A DNA stretch of 28,443 nt from the IMG/VR virus record IMGVR_UViG_3300029825_000558; one strand, 5' to 3'. A program made the position numbers and the translations under genes. The stretch's first letter is position 1; each line of letters opens with the position of its first letter. The DNA is from a virus. Below the pieces are notes generated by a model. The model was not told the origin of the DNA. It saw only the letters and a list, made by a program, of their open reading frames with translations, and ran no database searches. This document shows, piece after piece, positions 22,675-28,443 of the stretch.

Positions 22675-23163
22675 TTAGTAATAAACCGCACCCAACCCAG
22701 TCATATTTACCCCGATAAACACGACATTTCCCCGATATGCTACTATTGCTCCCCCGGTGTGGTCGGGATACAATAAGTTCCTTCGGTGCCCTTCGCTCTT
22801 CATCCATGCATTGATTGCCTGGTGCATATCAGCAGACCGGCCGCCACCGAATAGATTTTCAGCGACGTACTCTCGGCGATTGAACCCGAATTTCCCCTTC
22901 AGTGTGGCGGGATTGGATTTCGTTTTCGGGTTGACGTGCGCGAAATAGCGGTAGCGGTGCAGGTCCCGGAGCCGAGCTCTACCGAGATTGAGTGCTCGAT
23001 CATCAATAGGGATCGGTTTTACGCCGTGCCTCTTGCGGATTTTGTTGATCTGCCGCATCGCTACTCGCAGGTCTTTCGAGTAGTGCCTTCGCCGCCGGTG
23101 GCGGCGGGGGCTGAGGTGGAAGAACGAGAGGAGCGCCCTGATTACCCGACTGAAGAACCTCAT
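22675..23163 (-). CDS. Highly basic CAP/SCP-domain protein (~162 aa, start MRFFSRV)
   Basis: INKIRKRHGV..., YFAHVNP, VAENL, INAWMKSEGHRRNLL. Confidence 0.85.
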   Translation of the reverse strand: MRFFSRVIRALLSFFHLSPRRHRRRRHYSKDLRVAMRQINKIRKRHGVKPIPIDDRALNLGRARLRDLHRYRYFAHVNPKTKSNPATLKGKFGFNRREYVAENLFGGGRSADMHQAINAWMKSEGHRRNLLYPDHTGGAIVAYRGNVVFIGVNMTGLGAVYY

Positions 23164-23200
23164 ACTGTTGAATCGGAAAGCAAGTATTAAAGCGCTCTGA

Positions 23201-23977
23201 TTACCTTCTCTTCTTCTTCCCCGTATCCTTCTTCCGCGCCGCTGGTTTCCGCTGCTGCGGCCGCCGCCCCTGGCGCTGACCGCCGCTGAGGAAACCCGCC
23301 AGGTGACCCATGCCCCCGGGGCGCTCCTGTGGCCGCCGACTGGGTGCTGCGAGAGGTCTGGCGCTGCCGGCGACGAACGAGAGGCCGGGGGCACCGCTCG
23401 GCGGGCGCGGGGCTGCCTTCGCCCGCCCCCCTCCACCGGTTCCTGCGATGAAGTCGAACGAGGGCTGCCGGCGCTGGGGCGGCTCTCGATAGGGTCCTGG
23501 TTGGTGGCCGAGGAGCGGCGGGGACGAGAGGTAGGATGGCCGAGTCGGAGCAGTCCTCGAGGGGCGCTGCTGGGCCTTGACCATCCCCCGGATCCGCTGG
23601 ATCTCCTTCTGTGCCGCACTGACCGCTTCTGGGTAGCGGACGTCAACGTCGATATAGTACTCGTCGTTGATCCAGAACCGGGTATCGACGGAACGATCCA
23701 TCTTGACGCGGTTAGCAGATGCGAACGCGGCACGGGCCTTGTCGTACTCCCGCCGCTCCCGCCGGGCCTCTTCGGCGCGCCGTCGGGCCTCGACAGCCTT
23801 TTCTTCCAATCGATACTGGGTCTCTTTCGCCCACCCCTTGACACGGTCCCCGATCCCGGGTCGGGCCGGCTCCGCATATGCCGGCTCGACTCCAGAGATC
23901 TGGTCTCTCGGGGTAGGGGGTTCGAGGTCGTCGAATCTCACCCGCTCCCCCGGGTAATTTGGATCTGGTGTCTTCAT
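23201..23977 (-). CDS. Arg/Pro/Gly-rich protein with basic C-terminal tail, 258 aa (candidate nucleoprotein)
   Basis: Track ORF; GGAGG RBS; ATGA coupling. Confidence 0.75.
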   Translation of the reverse strand: MKTPDPNYPGERVRFDDLEPPTPRDQISGVEPAYAEPARPGIGDRVKGWAKETQYRLEEKAVEARRRAEEARRERREYDKARAAFASANRVKMDRSVDTRFWINDEYYIDVDVRYPEAVSAAQKEIQRIRGMVKAQQRPSRTAPTRPSYLSSPPLLGHQPGPYREPPQRRQPSFDFIAGTGGGGRAKAAPRPPSGAPGLSFVAGSARPLAAPSRRPQERPGGMGHLAGFLSGGQRQGRRPQQRKPAARKKDTGKKKRR

Positions 23978-24132
23978 TGAAATTTCCTCCGTGCATCGTT
24001 TACCGGCCAGACGCCGTAGGACGCTTTGCTACGCCGGTCAACCACCCGCACCTTGAGCAGGTCGCAGATCTTATCGAGGTCATCAACAGACGGGCGGTTG
24101 ACTACCGTGAATTTCAGGTCTTTTCTGATCAT
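23974..24132 (-). CDS. Micro-protein, 52 aa (MIRKDLKFTVV...)
   Basis: Hand translation; ATGA overlaps at both ends. Confidence 0.7.
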   Translation of the reverse strand: MIRKDLKFTVVNRPSVDDLDKICDLLKVRVVDRRSKASYGVWPVNDARRKFQ

Positions 24133-24557
24133 AATCTATCTCTCAGGTAGAGTTTCATCAGTATAGCCACAATGCAGGCCGCCAGCATGACGTAGCCGAC
24201 GACGAACGTCTCCGGGGGCATGATAGCCCCCCAGACGGTGCCGGAGATCAGGCCGACCGTGAGCGGCATTGTGACGTCGCCGGTGCGCATGTACGACAGG
24301 CCCAGGTACAGGAACCAGAGCATGGCGAAGAACCAGTACCCGAAGATGTTGATGAACGGCAGACAGATGGCGTAGATGAGTCCGTATGTGGGGAACCCGT
24401 TGGAGAAGTCCAGCCAGTACTGAGTGTAGGTGCCGCTCCGCAGGTCGTAGTCGAACTCCGGGGCGGTGAAGTTGCCGTCGGAGATCCCGGCGGCGGCCGG
24501 GCTGACGAGGGCAAGCAGGGCCAGCGCCAACCATGCTAACAGGGTTTTGTTCCGCAT
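24129..24557 (-). CDS. Signal-peptide membrane protein with ~4 TM (~142 aa, start MRNKTLL)
   Basis: AGGTGA RBS; signal peptide ...VSPAAA; NFT sequon. Confidence 0.8.
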   Translation of the reverse strand: MRNKTLLAWLALALLALVSPAAAGISDGNFTAPEFDYDLRSGTYTQYWLDFSNGFPTYGLIYAICLPFINIFGYWFFAMLWFLYLGLSYMRTGDVTMPLTVGLISGTVWGAIMPPETFVVGYVMLAACIVAILMKLYLRDRL

Positions 24558-24562
24558 ATCAA

Positions 24563-25003
24563 TCACCTGATGGTCTTGTCTCCGACGCCCCGCACGAACT
24601 GCATGATGCCCCATCCGTAGGTGAACCAGCAGCCCCCGGTGATCATGAGATTCAAGATCATGGGGATGCCGAGTTCCGCGAGGAAGAAGGGCAGGAACGC
24701 GGTACTGTTCACGAGGGCGTTGATCGCAAGCGCGATCGCTCCAAGCAATCCTATATTTGTCAAGTCGGACGGTTGGTAGTCGATGAAGTCTCGGGTGATG
24801 TTGAGTAATGCCGGATCGTGGCCGGGGACGAAGGTTTCGTTGGAGAGACTGCCGAACACGGACCCGTTGACACCGTAGGAGTAGACGCCTTCTTCGATGG
24901 TCGGCGGGGTTGTATAGGCACTACCAAAGAATTGCGTGCCGCTGAAGAAGCAGAGCGCGTAGTTGAAGAGGAAGAGGTAGAGGGCTATTTTGTATGCCTG
25001 CAT
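24563..25003 (-). CDS. Membrane protein, 146 aa, with N-glycosylation sequons
   Basis: Track ORF; NGS, NET, NIT; TM at both ends. Confidence 0.8.
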   Translation of the reverse strand: MQAYKIALYLFLFNYALCFFSGTQFFGSAYTTPPTIEEGVYSYGVNGSVFGSLSNETFVPGHDPALLNITRDFIDYQPSDLTNIGLLGAIALAINALVNSTAFLPFFLAELGIPMILNLMITGGCWFTYGWGIMQFVRGVGDKTIR

Positions 25004-25004
25004 G

Positions 25005-27800
25005 TTATGCTCCCTCCGCGATGTTTGCGAGGAACGCGAATACTGCCGCTGCGATGACCCAGAACCACGGGACGGTGATCCAGTCGAAATACCGGAACAG
25101 GGCGGCGACTAGGGCGACGATGAGCGCTCCTTTTGCTCCGGTTGAGTAGTAGAAGATCCCGCCGAGTATCATGAGGAAGATGATGAAGACGGCGTTCTGG
25201 ATGTTTTCGTCCCAGAACGGGAGGGCGATGGGCGAGGCGTTCTGGGGGGTGATGAACCACATGTTCTGTATACTCCCGCCGCTGCTTCGCTGGATCTTGA
25301 CGTTGACTTTGTATGAGATGTCGGGTTCGGAGATGGGGTAGGTGGCGGTTACAGTGGTGGCTCCGGATGTGGTATGTGAGTATACTTCGGAATATGTGTC
25401 TGTGCGGACGATTGACCACGAGACGGTGGCAGGCCCTTCGTTGTCGGTGTAGGCCATCTCGATTGCCTGGCTCGATGCGTTATACTGGACGTCGTAGTTG
25501 TATTTTTCGTAGATGAGCGGCGATCGGAACGCTACGCTATATATCGCGGTTGCCGAGGATGCCTGGATGACGACGATCTTCTCCCCGTTGTTGATATTGA
25601 TCTGGTAGTAGTGGCCGGTATGGGTGCTGATAACGATTTTGCCGTCGCTGTCGGTGCGGAGGTTGTTATACAGCGGAGTCCATTCGTCCGGGTCGCTGAT
25701 ATCTGCGGTTGATACTGATACGGTTTTGCCGATATAGGGCTTGCCGTCTTTGATTGTGTAGACTGTCATCTGTGAGTCCGGGGGGGGCGCGTCGGTTGTC
25801 GTGTAGAGGACGACGCTGCCGTCTGCTCGTCCGATGACGGCGATTTCACCGCGCCAGGACATGGCGATGGCCGTAACGGGCTCTTCGCTGTCGCTGCTGT
25901 GGAGGAGATACCAGGAGCTGGATTCGTCTTTGCTGAAGATATAGTACTTCCCGTCGTCGCTCCCGGCGGCGGCGTAGAGGCCGTTTTTCTGTGCGATGGC
26001 GACGTGTTGGACGGGGCCGCCGGCGGCGTAGGTGCCGACCTGCACGCTATCGAACCGGAAGATGTCGGCGAGGATGCCCCGGCCTTCGATGAGATTTGCG
26101 CCGTTGTTGGCGATGGCGACGGCGTAGGGGGTGCCGGTGCGGTCGGCGCTGTAGACGGTGCCGAAGCCGCTGTCGGTGATCTGGATAATGTAGGTCTTGG
26201 TGGTGGAGGAGACTGCCACCCAGTCGCCGGTTTCGGGGGCGTCGATGTCGATGATGGTGCCGTCAAGGGTTTTGGTGTCGAGGGGGGTTAGAACGGAGTG
26301 GACTGTGCCCCAGGAGCGGGGGAAGAACTCAACGGTGTTGTAGGATGTGACACCGATATCATAGATTCGCATATGTCCCGAGACGAACTCGTCGTAATGC
26401 CCTGCACGGAAGACCAAGGGGACGACAGACGCCCCCCCTTCTCGACTGATATTGAAATCTCCACCGTAACTGTATGTTGCGGAGCCTCCGGGGGTATATC
26501 GGGCATCGAGTTGGTGGGGAGAGTCGAGAGTGACGGAGAATTCGGTATAACTCCCCCAATGGAATTTTTGGCCGCCCGCGAAGGCATCGCTGAACACTCC
26601 GGTCCAAGCGCCGTCGAGGGAGGGCAGGGTGTTCCGCTCTTGGTTGGGGGCTTCGTGGAATGAGATGTTTGTGATGATCCGATGTGGGCCGTGTCTGAGA
26701 GTTGGGCCGGAGAGAGTTGCATACGTCGAGGCCAGATGCGAGGCATAGAGGTCAAGATACCCATTGGTCTCCTGAACAGTGGCGCCGGATCCTACGATCG
26801 ATGTGGCCCAGAGCGATGGGTTGATAACTCCGTCCTCAAAATCGTCGTAGAATATCCACCGTGCGTCCGGGTCGGAGGTGGTGGTGGTCGCGGCGGGATT
26901 GGCCCAATACACGTAGATCGTCGTCGTTCCGGGGCTTTTCGGGATGGATGGGATTTTTACATAGAATTTCGCGGTGTTGCCGTTGACTGATTCGAGATAA
27001 TATGGGAGTTGGGTTTTTCCGTCACTGGCAGTGAACCGGATGTCGGCGAAATCCGCGCGACATTCGGGGGCGTAGAGGGTGCTGCCTGTGCTCGTGCCGC
27101 TCCCCCTGATGACGGTGATCTCAATAGGGTAGTTCGTCAGAGCGCCGTCTGTGCTGCCGGTGATGGTGTGAGCTGCGCGATTTTCCCACGCAAAGCCATT
27201 ATATGAGGCGATCCACCCATCCCAATCAGGGGTGTTGATATCATAGAGGTTTAGCGTGGTCCCGCTCGCGGTGCACCCCCAATCCCCCTCTCCGGAGAGG
27301 CAGACATCAGTGTATGTGCCGGTTGCGCGGAAGATGCGATTCCCGTCTGAGTTCCGAAGATCAACTGCCTGACCCGTCCATATCTCTCCGCTAACGTCTC
27401 CCGTCTGCGATATCGCAACCCTTCCCAGAGCACCCCAACCCCCGGCTTGGTTACGCCAGTATACTGATCCTGTGGAAACGTCCCGAACTTCTAGCCGACC
27501 GGGAACACCAAGCGTTGAGATTTTGAGGCGATCCCCACCAACTTCAAGCGCCCCGATTGGACGATTGCCGCTCGGCGTCGTCACCTGCTCGGACCACACC
27601 ACGCTCCCGGCGGAATTGTAGCAGTACACCATCCCGCTCTCGGTGCCGACGAAGATGAGATCGCCGCGCTCGTCGGTGGCGACGGCGGTGATCGCCGAGC
27701 CGGTCTCTTTCGTCCACGCTTCCCCGGCGGACGCGAGGGGCGCGAGCGAGGAGAGGAGCAGGAGGGCGACGAGGAGCAGGGGGAGTTGGCGGCGGATCAT
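25005..27800 (-). CDS. Large adhesin/receptor-binding protein (~931 aa): signal peptide, beta-propeller split by a DUF2341 plus lectin-like insert, C-terminal TM helices
   Basis: Start MIRRQLPLLLVALLLLSS with GGAGG RBS; WD/PQQ-like blades; DFADIRFT...LPYYLE...FYVKIPSIP...TIYVYWANP (DUF2341). Confidence 0.85.
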   Translation of the reverse strand: MIRRQLPLLLVALLLLSSLAPLASAGEAWTKETGSAITAVATDERGDLIFVGTESGMVYCYNSAGSVVWSEQVTTPSGNRPIGALEVGGDRLKISTLGVPGRLEVRDVSTGSVYWRNQAGGWGALGRVAISQTGDVSGEIWTGQAVDLRNSDGNRIFRATGTYTDVCLSGEGDWGCTASGTTLNLYDINTPDWDGWIASYNGFAWENRAAHTITGSTDGALTNYPIEITVIRGSGTSTGSTLYAPECRADFADIRFTASDGKTQLPYYLESVNGNTAKFYVKIPSIPKSPGTTTIYVYWANPAATTTTSDPDARWIFYDDFEDGVINPSLWATSIVGSGATVQETNGYLDLYASHLASTYATLSGPTLRHGPHRIITNISFHEAPNQERNTLPSLDGAWTGVFSDAFAGGQKFHWGSYTEFSVTLDSPHQLDARYTPGGSATYSYGGDFNISREGGASVVPLVFRAGHYDEFVSGHMRIYDIGVTSYNTVEFFPRSWGTVHSVLTPLDTKTLDGTIIDIDAPETGDWVAVSSTTKTYIIQITDSGFGTVYSADRTGTPYAVAIANNGANLIEGRGILADIFRFDSVQVGTYAAGGPVQHVAIAQKNGLYAAAGSDDGKYYIFSKDESSSWYLLHSSDSEEPVTAIAMSWRGEIAVIGRADGSVVLYTTTDAPPPDSQMTVYTIKDGKPYIGKTVSVSTADISDPDEWTPLYNNLRTDSDGKIVISTHTGHYYQININNGEKIVVIQASSATAIYSVAFRSPLIYEKYNYDVQYNASSQAIEMAYTDNEGPATVSWSIVRTDTYSEVYSHTTSGATTVTATYPISEPDISYKVNVKIQRSSGGSIQNMWFITPQNASPIALPFWDENIQNAVFIIFLMILGGIFYYSTGAKGALIVALVAALFRYFDWITVPWFWVIAAAVFAFLANIAEGA

Positions 27801-28051
27801 ATGTAGGCGTCCTCCTGGGCGCGTAGGGATACGACGATCGCCCAGACGATGACCCCGAAGATGAACGGGATCGGGAAGTTCGTCCAGACGGCGACGATGA
27901 AGTCGAGGAGCCCGACGTCGCAGCCGCAGGCGACCCCGAGGTCGTAGAGGACGCCGGTCACGACGTCGTAGAGGATGCCCCAGACAAGCATGACCTGGAA
28001 GATGACGACGATCACCGTCAGCCAGGCCATTCCGATAGATGTTCGTGCCAT
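27797..28051 (-). CDS. Two-TM small protein, 84 aa (possible minor capsid protein)
   Basis: Track ORF; same two-hydrophobic-helix layout as 5156..5491. Confidence 0.75.
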   Translation of the reverse strand: MARTSIGMAWLTVIVVIFQVMLVWGILYDVVTGVLYDLGVACGCDVGLLDFIVAVWTNFPIPFIFGVIVWAIVVSLRAQEDAYI

Positions 28052-28057
28052 TGTGGA

Positions 28058-28443
28058 TCACCAGAACAATGTTTTCTTGCGTTGTTTCCCGGAGAGCAAC
28101 TTCTCCAGCGCCCTCGCCCCGCGTCTGTCCGCAACCGGCTGCCGCCGCTGGTCGGCGACGAAGATGAGCTGCGGGCGGGAGGCCGCAACCCGGGCCGATT
28201 CCCTCACGACCCTCTCGGGCGGTCTGATGCCGAGGACCTCCCACGGGGTGGCAATCGGTGCGATGACTTCCCGCCGGCGATATTTATCATAGCGCCAGGG
28301 GCGGCGGCCGCGCCGGGTAGGGGTCAGGGACATGATGAGGGGCGGCGGTCGGCTCGGCGGTCTGCTTGGCGGTCTGCTTGGCGGTCTGCTTGGCGGTCTG
28401 CTTGGCGGTCTGCTTGGCGGTCTGCTTGGCGGTCTGCTTGGCG
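28058..28443 (-). CDS. 3' end of the giant protein that starts at 3029 (PSRP repeats, then Arg-rich tail ...KKTLFW)
   Basis: The repeat is read as PSRP in frame with track ORF 28058..28333, the same register as at the contig start. Confidence 0.8.
   Translation of the reverse strand, partial: PSRPPSRPPSRPPSRPPSRPPSRPPSRPPSRPPPLIMSLTPTRRGRRPWRYDKYRRREVIAPIATPWEVLGIRPPERVVRESARVAASRPQLIFVADQRRQPVADRRGARALEKLLSGKQRKKTLFW
28344..28443. repeat. 12-bp tandem repeat GGCGGTCTGCTT x8 plus a partial unit
   Basis: Direct reading. Confidence 0.98.

Noticed and set aside
23164-23877. N-terminal 238 aa of the 400-aa track ORF, and antisense ORF 23303..23980
   Set aside because: Out-of-frame or antisense overlap with the 258-aa gene; the CAP domain begins at 23163.
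25005-27800. Diversity-generating retroelement or shufflon acting on the adhesin
   Set aside because: No reverse transcriptase, template/variable repeat pair or invertible repeats seen in or near the gene.
27801-28244. N-terminal extension of the 1079-aa ORF
   Set aside because: Overlaps two other genes; a clear signal peptide and RBS start at 27800.

Overview
The window looks like an essentially complete, circular ~28.4-kb genome of a temperate archaeal virus. The host is probably a high-GC methanogen (Methanomicrobiales-like), inferred from TATA boxes, GGAGG/GGTGA ribosome-binding sites, DUF2080, DUF2341 and a GINS-like ORF. Both contig ends break inside the same 12-bp tandem repeat, which lies within one >1100-aa minus-strand gene that the ORF track missed. 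The minus-strand morphogenesis block (~22.7-28.4 kb continuing into 1-6.8 kb) holds a signal-peptide beta-propeller/DUF2341 adhesin with C-terminal TM anchors, several small membrane proteins, a small two-helix hydrophobic protein resembling spindle-shaped-virus major capsid proteins, and a P-loop ATPase. No head-tail (terminase, portal, HK97) genes and no recognisable polymerase, helicase or Rep gene are visible. A compact tyrosine integrase lies at 8.3-8.9 kb. A divergent switch at ~21 kb has a Xis-like HTH gene, an RHH gene, 10-bp-phased repeats, and an adjacent 31-bp inverted-repeat element. The most striking part is the early region (9.5-20.9 kb). From 10.1 to 16.3 kb, about 24 co-oriented copies of a TGGTAGAGGAG-like motif sit at the junctions of ~25 tiny, mostly Cys-rich ORFs, and a 113-bp duplicated unit starts and ends exactly on that motif, suggesting a repeat-delimited, shufflable micro-gene cassette array. 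The region also has a two-subunit C5 methyltransferase encoded in overlapping frames, and a ~3-kb insertion flanked by 29-bp direct repeats that visibly split a resident gene. All family assignments come from motif recognition by eye and need HMM or structure confirmation.
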